DNA of 64,000 nt from assembly GCA_964016885.1 (NCBI GenBank), contig OZ024755.1, forward strand, positions 434,001 through 498,000. The letters run 5' to 3'. Under the pieces are notes generated by a model that did no database searches, was not told where the DNA came from, and saw only the letters and a list, made by a program, of their open reading frames with translations. The position numbers were made by a program, and so were the translations under genes. This stretch comes from Eledone cirrhosa. Taxonomy: Eukaryota. Shown one piece after another: positions 11,823 through 24,445 of this stretch (positions are counted from its first letter, which is position 1; each line of letters starts with the position of its first letter).

Positions 11823-14800
11823 ACATACACTTTTGTACATATATATATACCTGCTATGGTAACACACTGGTCCGGCAAACCAAAGATGTGGGTTTGTGTC
11901 CCATGTACGTCAATACTCACCCCCTTTTCCATTCAATACGGGGTAAGCACATGCCACCACCTAATTTTCAAATTTGCTAGCTATCTGCAAACAAAGCCTG
12001 TTTTGTGTCTCCCTATTTATATATACACATACATATACACACATATATATATATATACACACATATATATATACACACATACACATGATGAAGGACTTCT
12101 ATCTGAAACGTAGAACCATATGTGTGTGTGTGTGCACCCCCCCCAAATGAAAACACTACTGTAATAAAATATTTGATAAAGCCACCATAATGCTATTTCC
12201 AATGTAAATGAATATTTAGGAAATATTTTCAATATGGATTATTATAGAAACATAGAAAACAGATAACTGTAAGAGAGGCACAGCATAAGTCTATAATTAA
12301 TTCTTGCATAGTTGTATAATAATGACTATAGTTTCAGATTTAGTTTTGCTGAAACCAATAAATATAAATTTTTGAAAAAGGAATCAAATATTTATCACAA
12401 AATTACTATAAAATTGCAAATTTGTGATAAATACTTTCCGGAAAATTGGTTATGAGCGATAAAAAAATTAATACTGTGTTTTTAAGATCACACAGACTGT
12501 TGGTTTGGTGATGTTAACTGTAGAGACTGATCATTCCACCATAGACACATGTACCCTTAACTTAAATCTCAGGGAGAATAACCAGTCCACACTGTAAAGT
12601 GGTTGTGTAGGTGTCATGACAATAAGCACCCAGCACACACTGTAAATATGGAAGGACATCCAGCTGTAGAAAACAAGCCGAAATCAGTTCCATGTATCAG
12701 AATCAAAGTCCTCTGACCTGATTTCTCACAAAGGGATTGCCCATCCTACTCTTGTTAGCGTGGAAAATGAACGTTAAACGATGATGATGATGATGATTCA
12801 GTGTGATACAGTGTATGACATAACTGTACTTTTGAATTATGAAACAAATATCTTGTTCAAGGACACAACACACCAGTGATAATTGAAACATCTACCTAAT
12901 GGCTGTGAGCCAAACACCCTAACGACTAAGCCACGTGCCTCCACATGTTAAAAACTAGGTAAAAGGTAATGTTGATGTTGTCCTAGAGATTATCTTCAGA
13001 TTTCTAATTTGTATAGAAATAAGTCAGATCATACAATATATCGTTTAGACTTTCATGAATATCTTTCTAATTAAATATACAACCTGTGTGTTGGAATAAA
13101 TTTTGTAAATAACAAAAAAAATAAATAAATAAAAGGGGTCGATAAAATAATGTACCAGTAAGCACTGGGATCCATTTAATCGACTTCCCCTCCCCCAAAA
13201 TGCTGGCCTTGTGCCTAAATCAGAAACCATTATTATTATTATTATTTATCACCCATATGAAATTTCTATTATCGAACAATTAAACAGTTTAGAGAAAAAT
13301 GTTTTAATTATAACAAAAATCAACTTAACATTATTAGAAAACTACAATTAACAGACATTTGATCCACGTGTGGATTTTTATGTAGTTATTAATTTGTTGT
13401 TGTTAAATCTATTTTATTATGCGGGCTTTCCAAATATGGCATAGTTACAAAGTATTCACAAGCTAATGAAAAATCATCTGGCATTTGACCAACAGTTATT
13501 CTGTAATCATTAAACAGAGGCGAGGTGTATGAGAAAGCTAGCCTTAATATATTAAAAGTCAACATGATCAAAACACCAGTGGAAATATATGAAAGTTAAC
13601 TTGATAAGAATTATAGCCTGGTGTTCAATGATGTCTTGGAAATTGAATGCTGCAATGTAAATCATAAACTGGCAACACATAAGCAGGCTTTCAGCCAACA
13701 AAGCATCAAGAGATTTTTCTAGAGAAACACAACACACAAACACACACCTATTAGATCGCAGAGTTGGCTAGACATTCTATTCTACAGCATAGAGTTTATA
13801 TATTCTCAAGCAGACAAGAGTAATGACATGATTCATCAGTAAATGGCTTTTTATATTTTATTACATTAAATGCTATATGGCTACTTTAGCAGTTTCACCA
13901 ACTATCCCCCCCAATCTATATCATAAAAGAAAAGCTGTTTCTCTATCTGTCCATCACACTTATATACAGAGAGAAGGAGTGAAAAGGGGAGGAGTATATA
14001 TACAAGTGAAAAGGGGAAGAATGAAAAGAGGAAAGCAATCCCTTTTTTATGTTGAGAGAAGGGAGGTAACCTATGTCATGCTATATGTCCTGAGGAAAAC
14101 CGGGGTTATAACTAGTTATAGTAATTTAACAATAACTTAGATGAAGGAAAGACTTTTCAACTATTAATATGATTAGACATGAATTTACTGATAAACATCC
14201 ACTCCCTCACAAACACGTTACTCTATACTGATTTATTCAGACTAGTGTCCACATATTTGATGTTATCACAAGATATCGGTCAGTTGCCATCCCTGTCAGC
14301 ATTTTTAAGGTGCCTGTTAAATTTGGTAATGTTTTCGAATTGTTTTTGTGATTAAAACAACAAAGATGAGGACACTAGGGCAAATACATTTGTTTATAAC
14401 ATCAGTGGGATTTGAACTCAGAACATAAAGGGATGAAGCATACAGATAGGAAGAAGAAAGAAAAACAAAACTGATCAGAGTAGCTGAGATAAAAAGTGAG
14501 AATTGAGAAAACAACAGAGAAGTTGATAGTGTATTATCTTTCTAGAAAAAAATATAGAACCTGATGAATTAGAAAAGTAAATTTTGAAATAGGTGTAAAT
14601 TATATATGGATATTGGAAATTTTTCACACCAGAATAATATTTCTTTTTTTAGCTATAACCAACCACACACATAGTGTAAGAATAGCAGGAATGTTAACCA
14701 TATAAAGTAGGAATATAATCTAATTGTGAAGTAGCTGCTAAATGTAGATTGACAGAAATCTTATAAAATATTTTCATTCTCCAGTTTTGATAATGTGTAA

Positions 14801-17800
14801 AATAGATTGGCACTAATCAATGCTGCAGTAAGCAAAAAATTTCCCAAGAGATATTGTTCTTTCTTATCTTTAATAATTCAGGATATATTCATTGTTGTTG
14901 TTGTTGCCGTTGTTTTAAGACATGCCTTGCTGTAATAAATCAATATTTGATCCTAAACAAATATCACGGTTGCTTTATTTATGCTGATTTAAAAAAAATA
15001 CTTTTTAGCTAATTATTTTATCCATAGTCCTAGTAACGAGGTTTCATGGAAGTAGAAGATCCTGAAATCAGAATACCTGAAAAAAGATCTGCTTTCACAT
15101 GAATACAGGGTTTGAATTCCATCAATCTTTTTGGCAACCTTACATACGTATCTAACACAGTCACCTATCTTCATGTGTATCTTCTCCAAAAAATTTATTT
15201 AACTATTACATAAATCACAAAAGTCTACCCCCCCCCCCCCACACTTTATGTTCAGATGTTCATACCTGAAATCAAATTCCACAGAAATCAGGTAAATTAT
15301 CTGGTACTACTTTAGGAACCCTGATTCAATCGCTCTCATCCCCCACCACCTCACACACACGCCCTATCTCTTACACACAAAAAATCCTGAAACTAGCTGC
15401 AACACCTGTTCCTGCTTTCAGTTTTATCGTCAGGTGATTTCTTCAGAATTACGATAATTTTAGAGAAAAATTAACAAGTAAACTCTTTCAAAACTTAGAT
15501 AAAATCTCGGCCTTTTCTTATGAACTTCTTTCTTTAGTAAATTTATCGAGTGCTATGTAAGAAAATCCAATATGCCCCCCCCCCCCCCCCCGGGGGGGGG
15601 AGAGAAAAGGTGTGTGTGTGGGGGGGGGGGGGGGGAGATCTGCAATGTGCACCTTTTCAATCAGTTTGCATTATCTATTTAAATTACAAGCAACAACCTT
15701 TTACAATTCCCTCTGTTGCACACATCTGCCAATATCTGATATTGCTTTTTCAGCTTATTGGTACTCAGTCATTCATGCAAAGATAGCAAAAGAATTATAC
15801 TCAACATCTGATTACGCTCAGCAACTTCCTCTTTAGTTACTACAGAACTTTGGCATTTATTCTTCAATAGGGCAATATATTTGCTAAACATGCTTCATTC
15901 AACCAGTCCTTTGTTTGGGGAACCTCTTGGTTTCCAAAAGAATTACCATGGAAGGAAGCCACAGTAGAAAAAGACCAAGATCTGATCTCAAATTGTTGAA
16001 GCTTTCAGAGGAGAAGATGAAGGAACATCAGTGAAGAGATACTCTCCAGAAAAAGACCCATTGACCCATGCAAGCATAAAATGGTGATTATATATATATG
16101 TGTGTGTGTTAATGAAGCCAGCAGAAGAAGGATCCGTGGAGACCTTGTAAGTCCACTGCGACATGAGATTTCAATGTGGCAATGCACAAAACTCTACCTT
16201 AGACTACACACAATACGTTATTTGTAATGGAGACTCCAGGTAGGTAGTGGTAAATTACATACCTGTATGTGTGTGTATTAATGAGGTTTCAGTCATTTTT
16301 CTCAGGATTATATTCAATAAAAGGTCATTTATTACTACACACACCATTCATGTAAGACCATAGGAAGGAAATTAAAAATAGATATCTATATGTTCAATCT
16401 CGAATTTCCAGTTACATAATCATGGTGAGCAGATTAGCATTTTTGTCTCCCACATATAGCAAGATATTGTGTTACTTTAATATCTAAATCTGACAATATA
16501 TTTCCATTTCTATTGCATATTTTCATAGATTAATAAAATATTGCTGACAACATTGGACAAAATAACAATTTGTATAAAGTAAGACTGAACAGAATATAAA
16601 CTAGTCAATGTTAAGTTAATGGGGGGGGGGGGGGGGGGGCAACAGACATGTTTAAAGTAATGTCTGCTGTTTTTGTCTGTTGGTTTTAAAGACAAGATTC
16701 TCTCTCAGTAGCATCTCTATTTTCCAAATAATTTCAATCAGTTAATCCTATTCAAGTTATCTCCCTTCTCCATTTTTTTTTTTTGTGGTGTTTTTAAACA
16801 TCTTTAGTGGAAGTTTTTGTCTACTCATTGCATGAATAATCTCTGGATAAATTTTATTGACTCGAAAACTTAACTGTTTTGATACCAAACTACCTGAAAC
16901 TGTCCTTGGTTCTTTGATACTGAGTTGTTTATTTCAAAAGTCTTTATTGTTAACTAAAAAAAACCTTTCATCATAATTTTATGTAAGAACCTGTGTTATA
17001 TTCTAAACACCAACTTAATAATGGTTTCAGATTTAGGCACAATGTCAATAATTTTGAAGATGGGGAAGGTTAATTAAACCAATCCCAGTGTATTACTGGT
17101 ACTTTATTTCATCGACCCTGCAATGATGGAAGGCAATTTGAACTCAGATTGTAAAAGGATGAAGTATGTTGTCCAATGCTCTACCAATACTGCTGGTCCA
17201 GGAATCGCACTTACAACCTCACAATTGCGAATCCAATTCTTTAACCATTAAGCCACGCACCTTCACAATATGATAAAGTTGTTTATAAATAGTGTTTGAT
17301 ATATTTGCAATAGTTGTTATTTGGGATTCAGTGTAACTAAATGTTTTTCTCAAAGAAAGGAAATTGCTAAACTAAATTAATAAAAGGATTACATGAGATC
17401 TGTCATATTTTGATAAAATTACTGTCACAACTAAGGCTTCACTATTGATAAAATATGTACTTTTCCCCTGCTTGAATAATTGGGTGATAATTCCCTTGCG
17501 GTGTAGTATCTTTCCCTCACCCTCTCCCTTTCTAGCATTGCTTAATTCTTTTTTATTTTTGTTCTTTTCATTTCCTTTTTTTTTTTTTTTTTTGTTACTA
17601 TTAACAATGTGATTTTGTTTTTGTATAAACAGCTTTGTAAAATAAAATACCTTACAAATAACTTAATAAATACAATGATATATATATATATATATATATA
17701 TACATATCTATGCTGTGAAGTTGTTTACTACACCGAACTTAAAAGTATATCAGCTTGGTTAGCATCTCAAAGACCATTACTAGAAATGATTGTGCAAAGT

Positions 17801-17925
17801 TAGCATATTTCCCCCAAATTCTAAACCTTGTTTTGAAATGGAAAGTAAGATAAGTCCACTTCTACACAAAATACTAAACATCCGATTGTTTTACATTCTT
17901 TAATGTTATGAGAAACTAAATATTT

Positions 17926-18105
17926 TTCTGCCAGGAGTTGTGACTGGTAGATAGTATCCGCAATAGAAATACCAATGGAAACATTGTTTCCTTGGTCTGA
18001 TTTGATGAGTTCCATCCCACTTGATAAACGAATAAGGTCTGGGATGTTGTCAATAGATTGAATTGAATATTGCGATGAAATATATTTGAGGGGGTCAAGA
18101 TTATG
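17926..18105 (-). pseudogene. Younger antisense L-like fragment A, nested in the unit 1 MTase region
   Basis: Open minus frame HNLDPLKYISSQYSIQSIDNIPDLIRLSSGMELIKSDQGNNVSIGISIADTIYQSQLLAE. Its spacing resembles the NPLIY...LAKS(T)A segment of mononegaviral L. 17926-18060 is 83% identical (23/135 differences, no indels) to 39626-39760. Confidence 0.55.
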
Positions 18106-20674
18106 ATAGATAACATTGTACAAGTCTACAAAAATACGTATATAGACATGGCTGTACTCAAGGATGTCATTTCTTCCCATTATACTAAAGTTGTATTATA
18201 TAGAAGAAGAAATGCAGTAAGAACTCGTCAACATTGTATAATTATTGCAGAAATTCTTGCAGAAAAATGCAATAAGATATCTTGTGAACAAACAGCTGCA
18301 GGAAAATAGCAACTTGTGCAGCACTGAAGGCCATCAACTGTGCAAGTAAATAACTACAAGCAAAAAGTAAACTATGCTAATAGGCAGTAATCAGTAGTAG
18401 AAATAAACATCTTTTACTGTCCATTTCTCTAGCGTGGGTTGGCTAGGACTTTACATCAACACAATTGCAGTTCAGGTCATCACTTGTTCAGAGTTACTGT
18501 CTTCCTAGACAGGTTAGGGACCATATTTTGCTCATATATTCCATGTTTGGCAGAGACTTGGTGGATGGATGGATGCATTTCTTAACCATGAAAATGTCAA
18601 CCATTTTATAGAGTAGACTGAGTGTCTTTTATCATGGCACCAACATTAGAGAGCTTGTCCTTGACATGATGAAGACCTCTATATACACTACATTGGAACT
18701 GTTCAATAACCAATCACATTACAGAACGTAGTATTTGCGACACCAAAATTAGAGAGGCTGCCCTGTCATTAATGTGACTGAAGACTCATATCTACTCTAG
18801 ATCATTACTGTTCAATAATCAATCACTTTACAGAGTCTACAGAGAAAGTGATGAAACAGGAATCAAAGGAATGGATGATGTTTTTTGGAAATTTTGAGGT
18901 TTACTTTCAAACAAAGAGCTGATTGGTTGCAAAAAGCAGGTGTAATTATATATATATAAACCTAAAACCTAACTGTAAATACTACAGTGGGTGTGGCCAA
19001 ACAAAAATGACAAGGGAGGATACATTTGGAATAAAATTTAAAAATAGGCAGAATAATAATAATAATAAATTATGGCTGACTCACGCAACCTATGACAAGG
19101 AAAAATCTGTAAAACTAATGATGATGATGATACTGGTGATAACAATAATGAGAATAACAATGATAATAATGATAAAGGTGATAACAATGATGATGATGAC
19201 TACACCAACTGTGAAACAATGGTAATTACTAATTTACTGTTTACCAAATATTTAAACAGAAATAAAAATAAAACAAAACAGAAAAGTGTTGGTGCCTCCC
19301 CCTTTCTTTCGTTGCTTAATTCTTTTTATTCTTTTCACACCCCTTTTTTGTTATTCCTTTTAATAATGTTTTGTTTTTGTAGAAACAGTTTTGTAAAATA
19401 AAACATTTTATTTCTAACCCTCACCTCCCAACAAAAACACAAAAAACAACCTAAAAATTAGAATCAACAAACTTCAAAGTTAAATTCCACCAGTCAAAAA
19501 TGATCTCACCTCTGTAGGCCGCCATTGATAATTAGACAGCAGACATTTCTATATATATATGTATATATATATATATATATATATCAAAAGAAAAAAATCT
19601 CATATTTCAGTCTAAATAAGCAGCTAGCCACCCATAATGACTCATTAATTGCCAGAGTTCAGTGTATTTTTTAACATTTTACTTATCTCCCTCTATAGAA
19701 TTAAATCTCTCATCTTTCTTTCAAATTCTTTCTAAATGACATTCTGAAAGATAATATACATTTCAGAGATAATGGTAGAAATAACAATGCACACACACAT
19801 CACACACACAAACAAACACATACATTCTTTTATTCTTTTACTGGTTTCAATTATTAGACTGAGACCTAGCTGGAGCACCATCCTAAAGAGATTTAAACAA
19901 TCACAGTAGATATATATATTTTTCAAGTTTCGTAAATTTTATCAATCTCCTTTTGTTGAATTCCTAAGTTATGAGAGATACATGTACAAACACACCACAT
20001 ATGTCAGGCTTCTACAGTTTCTGTCAACCAAATTTCACTGTGAAACTTAGTCAACTCGAGGTTGTAGTAGAAGAAATACAGTGGGACTTAACCTGAAACT
20101 ACCTGGCTGCAAAACAAAATACTTAACCACAGAGCCATGTCTGTTAATACATTTAATTATAACATCCAATACTTGTGACAAGTAAAGATATTAAACCAAA
20201 TGATGATGATGATGGTGGTGGTGACAATGGTGATGATGATGATGATGTTCTCCTGGCAAGTTTGTACTCATCAAACCAATACACCACTTTCAATGGAATA
20301 TATTATCCAAAATAAAATTGTTTTTCACTCTCTCAGTTGCTGTAAAACTTCTTTTGTTGTCCCAATAATAAATATCAAATGTTTAACAATGACCAAGAAA
20401 TAATTTTCCCTTAACTTAGTTTATATCAATTAAAACATATTCTTACAGATAAATAACAAAAAACAACAAATAACAACAACAAAACAAATAAAAATGAACA
20501 ACAATTCTAAAATGTTTCTACAAAGGAGAATTCTTCTAATTAAACTGGTTAATATGAAATAAATTAATTGTCAAATGAATTTCTCTGTATTCAATAACCC
20601 ATTACCAATATGAGTGTTGGCATCACAATATCTACTTTACATTGCACTGACAATTGATATTATTATTTAACTAT

Positions 20675-20785
20675 GAGTTCAAATCCTGCCGAGGTTAACT
20701 TTGCCTTTCATCCTTCCGGGGTCGATAAAATAAAGTACCAGTAATGCACTGGGTAATTGCTGGCCTTGTGCCAAAAGTAGAAACA
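20675..20785 (+). mobile_element. 5'-truncated SINE with TSD
   Basis: Same family as 2245. The 16-bp TSD ATTATTATTTAACTAT is at 20659-20674 and 20786-20801. Confidence 0.9.
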
Positions 20786-20995
20786 ATTATTATTTAACTA
20801 TATCAATGCCATGAAGTAGTTTTCTAGTTTTATATATCACATTTAGTAAATTGTACTCCAGTCACATGGATTTAACATAATTGAAGGCAGTCATATTTAT
20901 AATACAGTCTTATATTGGTACCCCTCACTCTCCAGGGAAAGAGGTGATAAAACAACATCTCAAGATGAACTGGCAACAAACAATCAAGAAAAGTT

Positions 20996-21122
20996 GCAAC
21001 TGACTACGGTCATTCGAGCTGTTTGGCTGCCTCATGTGTCTCGAGACATGGGATGTATTGATAGATGCAACTGACCAGGTCATTGGAGCAGTTTGGCTGC
21101 CTCGTGTGTCTCAAGATATGGA
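20996..21122. repeat. Direct duplication (~57-bp segment, 2 copies)
   Basis: TGCAACTGAC...GGTCATT.GAGC.GTTTGGCTGCCTC.TGTGTCTC.AGA.ATGG occurs twice. Confidence 0.85.
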
Positions 21123-21269
21123 AGCTTTTAAGCCTCTAAGATAAGTAAGTCATATAAAAGCTATGAACACACAACACTTCTTACATAGAGAGAAGAGGAG
21201 TAGATAAATGTAGTCTGTCATTTTCCTGAAGATGAGATAGGCTATGCCAGGTTTTAAAATACCCTAGAA

Positions 21270-22690
21270 ATGCTGTATGTCAATCCAGAACTTTCAAATG
21301 ATATATAATTGTCTACGGAAAAAATATATTTTGACATGAAAATGATCCAACAAAAACTGGATTTTTGTGAGGTCAAACTGTGCTTGTTGCCCCTTATAGA
21401 GCTCTAATATAATACCTATTTTTAGTTGTGTTGATGGAATGTTCAAATTCTGTTAGGTCATATACATTCTATTGGAAAACTGATATTGCTAATGTATATA
21501 TAAGATTTCATTGAAATTTCTATAGAAGAATGTCTCGAAACACCTAATTTAGAATTTTACTCTGAAAGATAAGATAAACCTAATGACCAGGATGATCTGA
21601 TTACAGATAATCATATACTCAAGTAAAATATCTCACAGTATATTATTATATATAAAGAAAACAATATATAGCATATAGTAATTTAAAAAACAAAACAAAC
21701 ACTGTTACCAATTCAAGAGAGAACACTAACAAGCTTAATAAATGGTTTAATATAAGGTGCAAGACATGTCAGGTTCTGATTATCTAAATTATAGCTTTAG
21801 TAAATAAAGTTTATCAGTAGTAGAGCTTTTTTTTCCCCATTTGGCCAGCACAAAAATTGATCATTTTCCAAGTGAAATCTATTTAATACTGGAACAATAT
21901 AATGGTTTCTGATTGAGGTACAAGGCCAACAATTTGGAGGGCAAGGAAAAGTCGATTGAATCAACCCGAGTGTGTTACTGGTACTTTATTCTATCGGCCC
22001 CATATTGCTGAAAGGTAAAGCTAACCTCGATGGGATTTGAACTCAATGTAGTGGGCTGTAACTATATGCCACAAAGCATGTTGTCCGACACTCTAACAAC
22101 TCTGCCAATCTACCGCCCTCTTACATCTATATAATACACTGAAAAACTACAACAATGAAAGGTTTAATATTAAACTAAATAACTGAAGACTGGCATGAAG
22201 GACATAATTGAGACCATCAAGAAGGGCAAACATAGATGGGCTGGCGCATCTAGTGCCCTGGAACAATATAATCATGTTTTGTCCCTCATTTAATAGTTTA
22301 GATTACAACTAACAGTGATTCTAACTTCAGTGAAACACCGGTTATTACATTTACTAGGTCATTTCTGTAGCTTTGTATATAAATAAGGAAACACATCATT
22401 AACCTCTTATCTTATCTAACAAAAGTTCAACATACATTTTGTAAAGTCCAATGATTTTTAATATTGTTGTTGATATCTTGGAAGTTGTTCTTACAAGAAA
22501 ACATTAAAACAGATAGAACACACACAAAACAAATTCTTTATTCTTAGTAAAAAACATATGAGAAGCTGACTTAGTGTTGGAGTTCTCAGATAACAGGTAG
22601 AGCAACCAATTTGTTGCTTTTTATAGGAAATATTGTGTTATAGAGATTAGAATATGAGAAAACTGATATCAGTAACAGTAAAATAACATT
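21270..22690 (+). pseudogene. Decayed rhabdovirus-like glycoprotein fragments, unit 2
   Basis: TKTGFL/CEVK (21350), then RSYTFYWKTDIANVY + DFIEISIEECLE (21455-21540, one frameshift), resembling VSV G G..C...CDFRWYG...PSVEQC. LSYLTKVQHTFCKVQ follows at ~22405. Confidence 0.45.
21900..22120 (-). mobile_element. SINE copy
   Basis: Reverse complement of the 2245 family (...CTGGTACTTTATT...GAAAGGTAAAGCTAACCTCG...GATTTGAACTC). Confidence 0.85.
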
Positions 22691-22701
22691 GATTTGATTG
22701 T

Positions 22702-24445
22702 TGTAATACATGTCTGTAAATATAGGACATAAATACATCCCAAGAGAGTCTTATATTTAATACATGTCTGTTAATATAGGACATATATACATCACAAGAC
22801 AGTTTTATATTAAATATATGTCTGTTAATATAAGACATATATACATCACAAGACAGTTTTATATTTAATATATGTCTGTTAATATAAGACATATATACAT
22901 CACAAGACAGTTTTATATTTAATATATGTCTGTTAATATAAGACATATATACATCACAAGACAGTTTTATATTTAATATATGTCTTAATATATGTCTGTA
23001 AATATAAGACATATATACATCACAAGACAGTTTTATATTTAATATATGTCTGTTAATATAAGATATATATACATCACAAGACAGTTTTATATTTAATATA
23101 TGTCTGTTAATATAAGACATATATACATCACAAGACAGTTTTATATTTAATATATGTCTGTTAATATAAGATATATATACATCACAAGACAGTTTTATAT
23201 TAAATATATGTCTGTTAATATAAGACATATATACATCACAAGACAGTCTTATATTTAATACATGTCTGTTAATATAGGACATATATACATCACAAGACAG
23301 TTTTATATTAAATATATGTCTGTTAATATAAGACATATATACATCACAAGACAGTTTTATATTTAATATATGTCTGTTAATATAAGACATATATCACAAG
23401 ACAGTCTTATATTTAATATATGTCTGTTAATATAAGACATATATACATCACAAGACAGTTTTATATTTAATATATGTCTGTTAATATAAGATATATATAC
23501 ATCACAAGACAGTTTTATATTAAATATATGTCTGTTAATATAAGACATATATACATCACAAGACAGTTTTATATTTAATATATGTCTGTTAATATAAGAC
23601 ATATATCACAAGACAGTCTTATATTTAATATATGTCTGTTAATATAAGACATATATACATCACAAGACAGTTTTATATTTAATGTATGTCTGTTAATATA
23701 AGACATATATATATCACAAGGCAGTTTTATATTAAATATATGTCTGTTAATATAAGACATATATACATCACAAGACAGTCTTATATTAAATATATGTCTG
23801 TTAATATAAGACATATATATATCACATGACAGTCTTATATTTAATATATGTCTGTTAATATAAGACATATATCACAAGACAGTCTTATATTTAATATATG
23901 TCTGTTAATATAAGACATATATACATCACAAGACAGTTTTATATTAAATAAATGTCTGTTAATATAGGACATATATATATCACAAGGCAGTCTTATATTT
24001 AATGTATGTCTGTTAATATAAGACATATATACATCACAAGACAGTCTTATATTAAATATATGTCTGTTAATATAAGACATATATATATCACATGACAGTC
24101 TTATATTTAATATATGTCTGTTAATATAAGATATATATCACAAGACAGTCTTATATTTAATATATGTCTGTTAATATAAGACCTATATATATATCACAAG
24201 ACAGTCTTATATTTAATATATCTCTGTTAATATAAGACATATATATATCACAAGACAGTCTTATATTTAATACATGTCTGTTAATATAAGACATATATAT
24301 ATCACAAGACAGTCTTATATTTTATATATGTCTGTTAATATAAGACATATATATATATATATATATATCACAAGACAGTCTTATATTAAATATATGTCGG
24401 TAAATATAAGACATATATATATATCACAAGAGAGTCTTGTATTAA
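22702..24445. repeat. ~54-bp AT-rich satellite, ~30 units, each with a 10-bp-stem hairpin
   Basis: Unit TATATGTCTGTTAATATAAGACATATATACATCACAAGACAGTTTTATATTTAA; ATATATGTCT/AGACATATAT inverted pair with a 9-nt loop. Confidence 0.97.

Larger units (their letters stand above)
2590..18960 (+). pseudogene. Fossil Mononegavirales-like L (RdRp/PRNTase/MTase) gene, unit 1, fragmented by insertions
   Basis: Collinear degenerate motifs on +: CQFFPNHPITIF (GHP-like, 9544); KLSYFFNGI (9661); QNFDIPY (9861); IN F-KW (motif A-like, 10443); GLxQK (motif B-like, 10754); IGIKL..IET (motif D-like, 11664); NAISNVNEYLGNIFN (12189); FDPRV (13358); IGNFSHQ (HR motif, CGG>CAG possible, 14612); LPISDIAFSAYWYSVIHAKIAKEL (connector, ~15730; cf. 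paramyxovirus F....ALSHPKI.K); MTase-like 17700-18310; RADWLQKAG (C-terminal K-K-G-like, ~18915). Many stops and frameshifts. Confidence 0.65.

Noticed and set aside
13480-13500. GI*PTV read as the L 'G.WP' motif
   Set aside because: Its position between FDPRV and the HR-like motif conflicts with the collinear order; likely chance, which shows that single short motif matches here can mislead.
13389-13743. Minus-strand host exons with AG acceptors (also 40680-40760, 42390-42575)
   Set aside because: No donor sites or recognisable protein. The plus strand of 13.3-13.7 kb fits L-like relics better.
17821-18180. 119-aa minus ORF as a single gene
   Set aside because: Only the central part has a homologue (39626-39760). 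The flanks read better as plus-strand MTase relics, so the ORF is probably a chimera.
22647-24080. ORFs of MSYINRHILNIKLSCDVY repeats (up to 247 aa)
   Set aside because: A by-product of a 54-bp (18-codon) satellite. Frames break wherever unit length changes, and there is no protein family signal.
22702-24445. CRISPR-like hairpin repeat array
   Set aside because: No unique spacers and no cas genes; eukaryotic context.
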